NCBI RefSeq assembly: GCF_021869535.1
Contig: NW_026262668.1
Coordinates: 77,748,001 to 77,812,000 of the forward strand
Source of the DNA: Mytilus californianus
Taxonomy: Eukaryota
DNA length: 64,000 bases
Reading direction: 5' to 3'
The position numbers were made by a program, and so were the translations under genes. How positions within the stretch are numbered: the stretch's first letter is position 1; each line of letters opens with the position of its first letter. Shown here in pieces: positions 11,001-21,184 of this stretch. The notes under the pieces were generated by a model. That model saw only the letters and a list, made by a program, of their open reading frames with translations, had not been told where the DNA came from and searched no databases.

Positions 11001-14000
11001 GGTTAGGATTGGCTTTGGGGGGTTATTGCTCAAACTGTTTAGGAATTAGGGGCAAAAAAGGGGAAAAAACAAGGGTTACTGGTTAATAGACAATTAAAAA
11101 GCAATGTAAGGGAGGTAATCCAAAAACAAAATTGTATAATGTTGGGGGAGGGGGGGGGGGGGGAATTTTTTTTTTCATTTCAGATTTCAGAAATTAAAAA
11201 GAAAATTTCTTCAAATATTTTTTTTTGGAAAGAAAAAGGGGGTGGGGGGGATGGTAAAAACAAATTTTTTTTTGGGGGGGGGGGGGGGGTCAATACGCAA
11301 CAGCATAGTGTATTTCACAAAAGCAAAAAAAAAAGTGAGGGTACATTTTTGGGGGGGGGGTCAATTCGCAACAGCATAGTGTATTGCAAAAAATTGTATA
11401 TAAATTCAAATCATATAACCAATTCTAAGTTCTTTGACTACAGTTATTCGGTGTCAGAAACCTATTATGTGTCAAATATTTAATTACAATCCAAATTCAG
11501 ACCTGTATCAAGCGCGAATATTGTGTCCATTTTCGCCCCAACTGTTCAGGGTTGGACCTCTGCGGTCGTATCCAGCTGCGCTCAGCAAAGCATTTTATTG
11601 ATAATTATAATTCAACAACATACTTGCATGTAGATATTTGTGTATGAAACTAACTGATTATGATTAATTTCAGTCTATGGGAGGTGGATATGGCAATTTT
11701 GGTGGTCAGAATTCTAGTGGATCAGAGGTAAGTTGTAAAGTGAATTTTCTGTTTTGAACTTTTATCACTACATGCACACAGTTGGCTTAAGTTTAATTCA
11801 ACTTTAAAGAAAGTGTTTAATTACTATAGACTTTAACCTGGCTATAAACCACTCGTATTCAGTGAAAAAAGTCTTAGTTCTTATGGTCAGGTTAAACATG
11901 CAGATGAAAGCAGAAAAAAGAAGACTACAGTTCTTGACATAACTAATTGAATACTGGTAATCAAAAGTATGTCAAAGAATAGGATAATTTATCCAAAATC
12001 AATCAGGACCATTTCATGAACCAGACACTTAAGATATTTATACCAGTTCGTCTTTAGAAATGTAATCTTAAGATTGCAACGAATCATTTGTCCTTGGGAC
12101 TTGCTATTAGATTAGACCTGTTTCATTGAAGTTTTTGGACCAGTTCATAGTTTAACCTTGAACGGAAAAGACATGAAATTACATATGTGCAAGGAAGTTA
12201 CTTGTACATCATAAACAGGGTTTCCCCTTGGTCAATTTCTTTTTTAGCCAACTCAAATAAACATGTTTTTGATTAGAACTTGTTTTCCTTCTTGCTCACA
12301 AAAAAAATTCTGTTTGTTGCATTGTTGTCTCATTTATTATAATTTTACATATCTTTATATTCATATTCAGTTCTTGACATAACTAAATGCATTATTTCAA
12401 GTTCATTGTAACATATAAGAACAAAAAATTCTTGAACTTTTTTAAAGGTACTAAAATTTGACTTCTGGGAACATGGGGTTCATCATCAATCATGTTATTG
12501 GATACTTCCTGTCTAAAAGGATCAAGAAAAAAAACCGAGATTTTTCTTACTTTTGAACCCTTTCTTCAAACTATTGTTTTCTTTTCCAAACCATCTTTAA
12601 AGTAAAAGTTCAGACGTATATTATGCTTAAAACAGGTGCGCTGCTAAAAGGATTGTGAAGTACACATTGCTATCAAATGCAATCAGCTGATTATTGATTT
12701 TCTGACAAAATTGATACGTGTGACGAGTTCTTCAAGTTGAAATCCTAGTAGTCTGATAAGGGAAAAAGTCTTGAGAAACCTGTAACAAAATTAACAAGAT
12801 GGACAAAGTCGAAATGTTATATCTCTTTCATCAATTATGATTTTTAATCTCCACAATTATACTTTTTTTGCAAAATGTGAAACTGGCGACCACCAGCGGA
12901 AACCCTGATCATGAATAAGTTTACATGTGTTTAGCTTAAATAATTCACTTTTAAAGGATATGCATATATGGATTTTTTTCTTCTTCTGCAGATTCAAGTT
13001 CCTAGAAGTGCAGTAGGGATTGTTATTGGAAAGAATGGAGATATGATCAAAAAAATCCAATCAGAGACTGGTGCTAAGGTTCAATTTAAACCAGGTTTGT
13101 TGAGATTAGAAGAGGTGAAAATAGAGATGTAATCAGATACAAAAATCTTATCTGAAAAGTTGATGCTAAGGTTCAGTTTTAAGATCAATTAAAGCTAATT
13201 TCCTAATGCTTGTAGACTTTGGTTGGCTTGCTTTCTTTGTTTGTATAAACGTTTGCTCAAGCATTGTAATTTAGATTGACATCTGCAAACAATATAAGTA
13301 GACAGAGTTAAGATTTGAATATTTGGTAAAGTCCAATCAAATCTAAATATAATGTATACACTTTTAACTCCACCTATTTATATTGTTTGCAGATGTCAAT
13401 CTTATTTCCTAATACCAATGCTTGAGCAAACCTTTATACAAACAAAGCAAGCAAGCCAACCAAAGTCTTAATCTACAAGTATTAGGAAATAAGCTTTAAA
13501 CTATCAATCATTTTAGATTTGGATGTTGGCATGCATGATCACCAAATTTCCCCAAACAATTTTTTATAACAGTATAGTGAAGGATGTAGATGTAACAACT
13601 TATGTTAATATTTGGTTTAATCAACTTCATTCTGTCTAATTGGTTGTCCCATGTAAGAGTGCTCTCCTGATTTAATCCCTAGATAGGTCAATAAGAAGAT
13701 TTGAAAATTGCTTCCTGCCTCTTTGCTATACATTTAATTTGGAGATTGGATTTAGTCCTTGTTAGACCTATGTTCCTGTGTAAACTTGATATAAAGGAGG
13801 TTGTTGGTATAAGATAATGAGCAGCAACTCATTTTGCACATTTATAATCTTACTTTATTACTACGCTGGATGTATTTTTCCTGAATGTGTTAATTGTTCC
13901 CCTAAATTTTCAGCATCCATCCATGATGTTTGTTCAGCAATGAACCTTATAAAAGAAGTTGGATACAATAAAGTAGAAATGTTTGATTATCAGGTAAAAA

Positions 14001-17000
14001 AATTGAATTTTGCAGATGATGGTAGAACAGATAACAGAGTATGTACTATTAGTGGTGCTTCAGATAAAGTTCAAGCTGCTATCCAGATGATTCAGAGGTT
14101 ATTACCCGACGAGGTCAGTATCTCCATTATTGAAATTATATTTTTAAAACTAGATCAAGTGTGTTGTCAGTTTGTAATTGACAACTAGTATAAATTTATC
14201 TTGACAACCATCTTATATATTTTACTATAAAAATGCCATAAAACAGAAATTTTCAACATATTTTTTATGCCCCCGCTGAAGCGAAGGGGGCATTAAGTTT
14301 TACCCTTGTCCGTCTGTCCGTACATCCCAAAATTGGTTTCCATTCTCTAACTTAAGTTTGCCTCAACCAAATGTTATCAAACTTATACACAATGCTTATT
14401 ACCACAAAACACAGATCAAGTTTGAATTTTGGTGGCATCACTTTAACAATTCTAGAGTTATGCCCCTTTATAAATGGAAAAATTGCAAAATTTTTAGTTT
14501 CCGTTCTCTAACTTTAGTTTGCCTCAACCAAATGTTATAAAACATATACACAACCGTTCTAGAGTTATGCGTGTTTACAAATAGAAAAGTTGCTGAATTT
14601 TTTGTTTCTGTTCTCTTCTTAAGTTAGCCTCAACCAAATGTTATGAGACTTACACACAATGCTTATTACCACAAAACTCAGATCAAGTTCAAATTTGGGT
14701 AGCGTCACTTTTACCGTTCTTCAGTTATGCCCCAATATAACTATATATGTTTTTGGTCAAGGTAGTTTTTGATGAATTTGAAGTCCAATCAACTTGAAAC
14801 TTAGTACACATGTTCCCTATGATATGATCTTTATTAGAGTTTTGACCCCAATTTCAAGGTCCACTGAACATAGAAAATGATAGTACGAGTGGACATCCGT
14901 GTACTATGGACACATTCTTGTTTAATTATAATCAAAAAGCATAAACAGAATTTGAATGTTAACTGTTTGCCGTCAACAGTAGCAGGATACCAAGTGGCGA
15001 TATAGAAAACATACTGTACAGATATTGCTAAGGTTTAACTACACCTGTATTTGTATATAATAAAAAGTTGATAAATACAAATCATGCCTACTCGCACACT
15101 TAATTGGTAACTTTTTTCAATTTAAAAAAAAAAAATGATCATATTCATGATGCACATTTCAAGAAGTGTTTTTGCAGTTATTTTAGCATTTGTTTAATCT
15201 CTCTTTTCTCTCTTTTAGGATGGGGATTTTCCTTTTCAGAGTGGTGGAATGGGTCGAGGATTTGGACGTGGTAGAGGGGGTCCTGGAGGGGGAAGAGGTG
15301 GATTTGGGCCAGGTGGGGGCAGAGGAAGAGGAGGTGGAGGAGGAGGCATGGGTGGTTTTAATGATGAAAACTTCTTCCCTGTACCAGCAGACAAATGTGG
15401 CCTGGTTATTGGAAAAGGTATGACTTATTCTAAATAAATTTGCTAAATTTTAGGAGTACTAGTAATATCAGTATTTTAAGGATACTTTAAAGTCCTCACT
15501 TGCTTTTTATTATTTTTAAGAAATTGGAAAAACTTTTTAGCAATTTATGAAAAATGGGATTTTAAGTCAATACAAAACAAAGATAACTGGAAATCACAAA
15601 TGCTTTCAACATAGTTAAATTTTCGGGAATAATCTTTTTAATATCAAGAAGAATTTTTTTTCTCACTGTTGGAATAGTGATGAAATTGTGTGACATTTGT
15701 TTTGAACAAGTGAATGTAAGAAAAGAGAGACAAATAAATAAGTCAACTCAGCCATGCCATTGATACCAGGGAAGTATTAAGTTATCAAGATGGAGGTATA
15801 TAGAAACAACTCACTTTTTCTGATTCCTGTAGATGCCATTGTTACGGAAAGTAAATATGTATTAAAAACTTTTACTGATAGATATTTATTATTGTATTAG
15901 GTGGAGAAACAATCAGACAGATCAATCAACAGTCAGGGGCCCATGTTGAATTGCAGAGAAACCCAGGTCCAAATCCTAATGAGAAGGTGTTTGTAGTCCG
16001 TGGTAACCCACAACAAGTTCAACAGGCTGTTCAAATGATAGCAGAGAAAGCTGGAGTTCCAGTGGTATGTTCTATGGTTATAATTTCTGAACTCTTGAAA
16101 TTTTTTATATGTTGTATTTCATTTGTAAACAAAAAAGTATCTGTGTAGTAACTTTTTTCTAGCTAAACCTCCCAAAAGTTGGAACAGAATAATCCTAGTA
16201 ATCTTGTCCCTATCCATTTCAAAACAAGGACCTAAGTCCAAATATGGAATTTTCAGATGTAAATTAAAGAAAAAAAATCCATGATAAATTTTTGTCTAGG
16301 TAGTGTCCCGCTCAATTAGTTTGAATTTGCCTTTTTGAGCCTTAAATGAAAACTGAAACTCTAAAAATATTATTCTGAATGTATGTATGACCTGGATGCT
16401 GACACTGTTGAACCACTGTATATATGAAACTTGTTAATAATGCTTTAGTAATTAATTTATGAACTAGCAACTCAGCAAAAGATTTATTTGTTCCAGGGTC
16501 CAGGTGGTCCTGGAGGACCTGGTCCAGGTGGTCCCCATGGTGGTATGGGTGGACCCGGTGGTGGTCCAGGAGGGTATGGAGATCAGTTTGGTGGAAATGG
16601 AGGTCCAAGTCCAGGAGATCAAGGCCAGTTTGGTGGTCCTGGGTAAGCAACTAACAAGTTCAGTTTCTATGATGAAATTTGTACATTTTTTTCTCTCACA
16701 TGAGCTTGAACCAAAGTTTTGTGATATAAGTTTGCTGCAATTAACAAAATTATAGTTAAAATAACGTTAAAGATGAATGATAGAAATCTTTTTTGAAATT
16801 TATTAATTTTTTTGGACAGACATAAATAATATTGCCAAATTTTGTTCACAGAATTCTGTTTTAAGGATTCTTGTACTTTTTTTTCGAAATCTATGGTCAA
16901 AATATTGAAAACCTCCAAAATGGTTCATGTTGGCATTACTGAATCATAATTTTGTGGAATTTTTGCCAGGCCAAATGATGGAGGGAATAGTCCTTATGGT

Positions 17001-20000
17001 GACCATTATGGTCAGTCTGGGTAAGTCCTTGTTCAGTTGATCACAGTTTTTTTCTTTAGATATGTTTTGACTAACACACTGTAACTTTAAATAGATAATA
17101 TGGTATCTTGTATCAAGTACTTGAAGAATTGGTCTTCAAAAGTTTTATTATAAATAGGGGGGGGGGGAAGCTGGAAGTGTTTCACTGGATTTTAATTTTT
17201 ATAGCTTTTTACTAACCTTTGCTTGAAAAGTCCTTAAAGGAATATTTACGTGTGAAAAGTAAATTTAGATTGAAGTTTTTCTTTTCATATCTTATTATGA
17301 GCTCAATAATCTAGTTTGTAGGATGTGAACGTGTAAAAAAAGCTCTGTACATATGTGGATTTAATGGTTTGAAAATTGTTTCAGGTTGCAACAAATTAAC
17401 TTATTTTTATTTTAAAATGTAACACACATGGCTCTTTAAGATTATCCCTTATCCCTGGATATTTATGTCAAAAATAATTTCATAATGAAGTAAAAACATA
17501 GTAAAAGTCACTACCAGTTCTGTAATTTTCAATTGATATGTATGATATAAGTGGAAGAATATTTGATTTTGGGATTTAACTATCTATTTTCTATAATATA
17601 TACCGGTAGCTCAATTTTGGGTTGGGGATAACTGGTATTTCTTTTTTAAAACATTAGTAAATATTAATAAGATGAACATATTACTACAGTTGCTTTTGTG
17701 TTTAATCACTTTATTTGAAGTGTCTTCCTTGGTTCTGTAGAATAGTGCTATAAAAAAAACTAAATATGAAATCACGATAATGAATTTTTATTTGTTGGTA
17801 ACCTGCTTTAAAACTAAAACAAACCCTACCTTGTTGAGGATTTGTTGTGAAAACACTGTTATAGTTTGCAAGGATTTTATGATTGTCTAAGTCACATTTT
17901 TCATTCTATACATTTTCTGTCTGAGTGATGATAAACAATACTTTGAAACTAGTTTTCAGAGTGCTTTAACACACTTGACCATCTTGTTGAACTAGTATGT
18001 TTTAATAGAAACCTTTCAAATTGTCTTTGTGACATGACCACATGAACTTTTCAATTCAATTTCAAAAAGTTATTTTATTGAAAAATGTATACAATTGAAT
18101 ATATATATATTTTGTTTTGATGTTGATATAATTCTATCAAATTATAGAGGTTCAATATTATAGAATATGTTGAAATTGAATTACATTTTGCTTTAACAGT
18201 GGAGGTCAACCCCCTCAACAATATGGTGGACCTCAGGGTGGACAAGGAGGCTGGGGAGGTGGTGGTGGTGGTGGAGGAGGAGCAGGAGGAGGTTGGGGTG
18301 GTAACAGTTATGGAGGACCTCAGGGTGGTCCAGGATATCAACAGCCTCAACCTCAACCATCTGGAGATCCAAATCAGAGTGAGTAAATAGAAACATGAAA
18401 ATAGTTTTGTATAACTATATAGAATTTAGTATGACTAGTAATTCCAATGATGTTGCAGGTTTGAGATATAACAACCAGATAACAAGTATGATGGGGAATG
18501 TCTACACTCTTTAAAACGACATTTATTAGTCCCCTATCGAAGGGGACTTTCGGTTTGTCAGTCTGGCAAATCAGTTTTCCACACTTTTTTTTCTTCGTGC
18601 TTGAAGATGTTGATTTGATATTTGGTATTTAGTTTTATCATGACAAGTTACAGAACAAGTTCAAATTATGTTCCGGTCTCATGATTTTGTCCAGAGTTAT
18701 GGTCCTTGGACTTGGAAAATTCACCCAAATAATCAGATTTCCGCCCTTTTTTTTCTGATGCTTGAAGATGTTGATTTGATAATTGGTGTATAATTTTGTC
18801 ATGACAAGTTACAGAATGAGCTCGAATTTTGTTCCGGTCTGATGAATTTGTGCAGAGTAAAGGTCCTTTGACTTGGAAAATTCAGTTGATAATCAGTTTT
18901 CAACACCTTTTTCCGTCATGCTTGATGATACTGACTTGATATTTGTTATATAGTTTACACCATGACAAGTTATAGATCAAGTTAGCATTTTCCAGTACAA
19001 TGAATTTTTAACAGGTAGGGGACACTGTATTGCCATGCAATACTCTCAGAATGCTTATTTTATACTGAATTTTTCTGAACTTGTTGAGAACATGGATCCA
19101 GTTGAGTGATACAGGATCTTTAGAGCCTTTAGTTAACAGGAAGTATAGATTTAATAGGGCTTTTCTTGCCATTTGATTTAGTGCCAACTATAGGACCAGG
19201 TTAAAATAATAAATTGTGTCCTTATTATTTTTAAAAACTATCACTAAAAATTGCTAAAAACATGTCCAAATCCTTAGTTTAGGAGATCCCCTCTTGGAGG
19301 AGGGTATACTATATTACATGACTACTAAGTTTCAACCTGATGTCAACACAATTTCATGGTGAACTTCCTTAAACTAAAACTTTATCTTGTCTGGGGAGAG
19401 GGGAGGGGGAAATAAAACAAAATAATGGTTTAAGAATTTTGCATATTGTTTCCTGGTCTGTTCAGTCCCTTTAATAGTTGATCTCATATCAGGTTAAAAG
19501 TTTTGGTTTAAGATCGTATAATTTAATTTTAGATGTAACACTCTTCTGATTGACCGAAAGTGATTTGTCTATCAGCTCATAGACATAATTTTGTCATGGG
19601 ACTGTGACGTCTCCAGCGTTTTTTAAAAATTTACTCCTTAAAAATGGAATTTAGAATTAAATTATAAGGAATGACTAATACTTTTCTGTCTATTCGAAAT
19701 AACCTAAAAAAATGTGGTGCGCACTTTTAAATAACCCATGTAGGGTTTTTCAGTGCGCACCAGATTTTTTTAGGTTATTTCTTCATAGACAGAAAAAATA
19801 GTACAGACATTCCTTAATTACCATAAAATTGTGGTCACATCAGCTTGAAACTTTGTAAGCATGTTTATTATAATGTGAACTTTCTAAAATGTATGCCAAA
19901 TTAAGGACACATATTCTGGTTTCATTTTTGTTAAAAAATAAATGCAAATTCCCAATTTAGTATGTATGTCAAATCCAAAATATGTGAAGAAAATTCCTGT

Positions 20001-21184
20001 TCCTTGTCTTTATCATCTTAGTCGAGATTTAGAATTAATATACATTAATGTCTACATAAAAAAAAGTGAAGTAAGGAATGATAGCTGTGTTAACACATTC
20101 TGTACATTAAAGCTAATTAAATTTAAGTACTAGTACATTATAAGGTAGAATCAGTCTAAAAAATTTGTGGAAAAAAAATGCAACAAAAAATGGTTTAAGA
20201 ATTTTGTTTTGTACTTCAGAATTGTAATGCCTTTCTTGAAATTTTGTTTATTTGCTTGAGCTTTAATTTACTAGTAGTTGTACTTTTGACCTTCGACCGA
20301 CCAGAAGAGGAAATTGCATTGCTTTAAAATAAATACTATATGTAACAGGTAAACAGGCTCAAGATAATGCTGCAGCATGGGCTGCTTACTATGCCCAGTT
20401 CTACAACCAGACTCCGTATGCTCAGTATGGTGGACAGCAGTATCCTGCAGGACAACAACCCCAGCAGCAGCAACCTGTTCAACAGCCACAACAGCCAGCT
20501 TCTCAACAACCTTGTTAGTGGAACATGCTCACTTTCAATATTTATCTTCTTTTATGTTGTAAAAAGTTAAAACTAAATATACCCATTTTTTTCACACTTT
20601 GATTGATTGTACCACAAATACAGTAGGACTTCAATTTCTAAAACACTAGATTTTTGGAACAAATTTTTTTTTCTTACATGTTTTAGCATTGATTTCAGGG
20701 GTGGTTCTATATGGCTTTTGAGGGGATTTTTGCTATTGTCACTTCTGATTTATCAGTAACAATTTCTAGATTATACATGTTGATTGGCGTCCGGTACAGC
20801 CATTTCCACATTTTATTTCCATGAGCAAAATCATTCCTGATCATTTGTATACACTTTTTGGCATGCACCATTTTACTAAGTTTGTATAATTACTATAGAA
20901 TACCGGGTAGATTAAGTAAAAACCAACTGGAAAATTCCCCAAAATATACCCTAGATTGTCTTCAAAACTTTGAGAGATAATTAGTTGGTGCAAAAATACT
21001 TGAATGTAATATTTTTTTTACAGCAGCCATCAACCCACAAACTGGCCAGCCAGATTACAGCCAAGCATGGGCAGAGTATTACAGACAGCAAGGAATGTTT
21101 ACGCAGGCTCAGATGGTCTTGCAACAAGCTGCAGCCTTACAAGCAGGGGCAGGTGGTCATCAGCCTACACAGCCTCCTCAGTAA
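4839..21184 (+). CDS. FUBP1: Far upstream element-binding protein (FUBP1/KHSRP/Drosophila Psi family), 5'-incomplete, 13 coding exons in window
   Basis: GT-AG exons 4839-5061, 5377-5475, 6079-6126, 11674-11727, 12992-13094, 14016-14113, 15219-15417, 15901-16064, 16497-16642, 16970-17020, 18200-18378, 20349-20513, 21024-21184 join with consistent phases (1690 nt) into the end of KH1, KH2 (GLIIGKGGETIK), KH3 (GIVIGKNGDMIK), an RGG linker, KH4 (GLVIGKGGETIR), a Gly/Pro/Gln-rich tail and two Tyr-rich motifs (AAAWAAYYAQF; DYSQAWAEYYRQQG). FUBP1 vs KHSRP vs FUBP3 orthology cannot be resolved by eye. Confidence 0.96.
5377..5475 (+). CDS. FUBP1: FUBP-like exon (KH2)
   Basis: ttttag|ERAGVKMVMIQDSNIQTAHEKPLRITGDPQNCQ|gtatga; closely resembles the FUBP KH2 segment ERAGVKMVMIQD...KPLRITGDP. 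Confidence 0.96.
6079..6126 (+). CDS. FUBP1: FUBP-like exon (end of KH2)
   Basis: ttgtag|RAKEMVMDLLAEKEME|gtaagt, 48 nt, phase 0/0. Confidence 0.93.
6238..7068 (-). mobile_element. HINE-type element (minus-strand 5' end tttttgtcgagccttcgactttagtcgaa)
   Basis: 5' palindrome, (GGC/GTC) microsatellite, tandem repeats of aagcttctgtccaagtttggta units. Confidence 0.75.
7128..7268 (+). ncRNA. SNORA62: Box H/ACA snoRNA, SNORA6/SNORA62 (E2) family, copy 1
   Basis: Hairpin (gcacat/atgtgc; gcccat/atgggt) - H box ACATCA - hairpin (tgtaag/cttaca) - ACA + 3 nt. Motifs GTGCTACAT, TTTCGCTAACACCA and GTTTGATAGTA match my recollection of human E2/ACA6. Both pockets are complementary to conserved 28S rRNA segments. 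Confidence 0.9.
7323..7702 (+). mobile_element. HINE family B copy (subTIR CCCCTACCG)
   Basis: cccctaccgacg...ccggtaggggactatgtattgccatgcaatactctcagaatgcttgtt; tccgtcc motif. Confidence 0.8.
8381..8522 (+). ncRNA. SNORA62: Box H/ACA snoRNA, SNORA6/SNORA62 family, copy 2 (diverged)
   Basis: Same architecture; H box ACATAA; compensatory stem change tgcaa/ttgca; guide elements unchanged. Confidence 0.88.
9193..9333 (+). ncRNA. SNORA62: Box H/ACA snoRNA, SNORA6/SNORA62 family, copy 3
   Basis: Identical by eye to copy 1 over 138 nt up to the ACA box. Confidence 0.9.
10038..10228. mobile_element. MITE (fold-back)
   Basis: agggctattccattaaaa.gtatgtgg...ccacatac.ttttaatggaatagccct. Confidence 0.75.
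10426..10566 (+). ncRNA. SNORA62: Box H/ACA snoRNA, SNORA6/SNORA62 family, copy 4
   Basis: Identical by eye to copies 1 and 3 up to the ACA box. Confidence 0.9.
10698..11598 (+). mobile_element. HINE family A copy
   Basis: Same termini and internal units as 1002-2272; G-run-rich middle. Confidence 0.85.
11674..11727 (+). CDS. FUBP1: FUBP-like exon (KH2-KH3 linker)
   Basis: tttcag|SMGGGYGNFGGQNSSGSE|gtaagt, 54 nt, phase 0/0. Confidence 0.88.
12992..13094 (+). CDS. FUBP1: FUBP-like exon (KH3 first half)
   Basis: ctgcag|IQVPRSAVGIVIGKNGDMIKKIQSETGAKVQFKP+G|gtttgt. Confidence 0.96.
13189..13499. mobile_element. Fold-back MITE, ~310 bp
   Basis: Arms ttaaagct.atttcctaat.cttgtaga...gactttggttggcttgct...gacatctgcaaacaatata and their reverse complement. 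Confidence 0.8.
14016..14113 (+). CDS. FUBP1: FUBP-like exon (KH3 second half)
   Basis: ttgcag|(D)DGRTDNRVCTISGASDKVQAAIQMIQRLLPDE|gtcagt. Confidence 0.94.
14262..14923 (+). mobile_element. HINE-type element (ttttatgcccccgc...)
   Basis: gtccgtctgtccg microsatellite near the 5' end, internal tandem units, end ggacacattcttgttt. Confidence 0.75.
15219..15417 (+). CDS. FUBP1: FUBP-like exon (RGG-rich linker, start of KH4)
   Basis: ctcttttag|DGDFPFQSGGMGRGFGRGRGGPGGGRGG...FPVPADKCGLVIGK+G|gtatga; a second in-frame acceptor is possible at 15240. Confidence 0.93.
15901..16064 (+). CDS. FUBP1: FUBP-like exon (KH4)
   Basis: gtattag|(G)GETIRQINQQSGAHVELQRNPGPNPNEKVFVVRGNPQQVQQAVQMIAEKAGVPV|gtatgt. 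Confidence 0.96.
16497..16642 (+). CDS. FUBP1: FUBP-like exon (Gly/Pro-rich)
   Basis: ttccag|GPGGPGGPGPGGPHGGMGG...DQGQFGGP+GG|gtaagc. Confidence 0.9.
16970..17020 (+). CDS. FUBP1: FUBP-like small exon
   Basis: ttgccag|g PNDGGNSPYGDHYGQS+GG|gtaagt, 51 nt, phase 2/2 (could be a cassette exon). Confidence 0.85.
18200..18378 (+). CDS. FUBP1: FUBP-like exon (Gly/Gln-rich)
   Basis: ttaacag|t GGQPPQQYGGPQGGQGGWGG...QPQPQPSGDPNQ+A|gtgagt. Confidence 0.9.
18522..19060 (+). mobile_element. HINE family B copy
   Basis: Homologous to 7323-7702 with additional internal units. Confidence 0.8.
19665..19816. mobile_element. Short palindromic MITE
   Basis: taaggaatg...ctgtctat...aaataacctaaaaaaat.tggtgcgcac / reverse complement. 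Confidence 0.7.
20349..20513 (+). CDS. FUBP1: FUBP-like exon (first Tyr-rich motif)
   Basis: gtaacag|(S)KQAQDNAAAWAAYYAQFYNQTPYAQYGGQQ...ASQQP+T|gttagt. Confidence 0.93.
21024..21184 (+). CDS. FUBP1: FUBP-like last coding exon (second Tyr-rich motif, stop)
   Basis: ttttacag|(S)AINPQTGQPDYSQAWAEYYRQQGMFTQAQMVLQQAAALQAGAGGHQPTQPPQ TAA (21182-21184); tandem CAGCAG acceptor. Confidence 0.92.
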
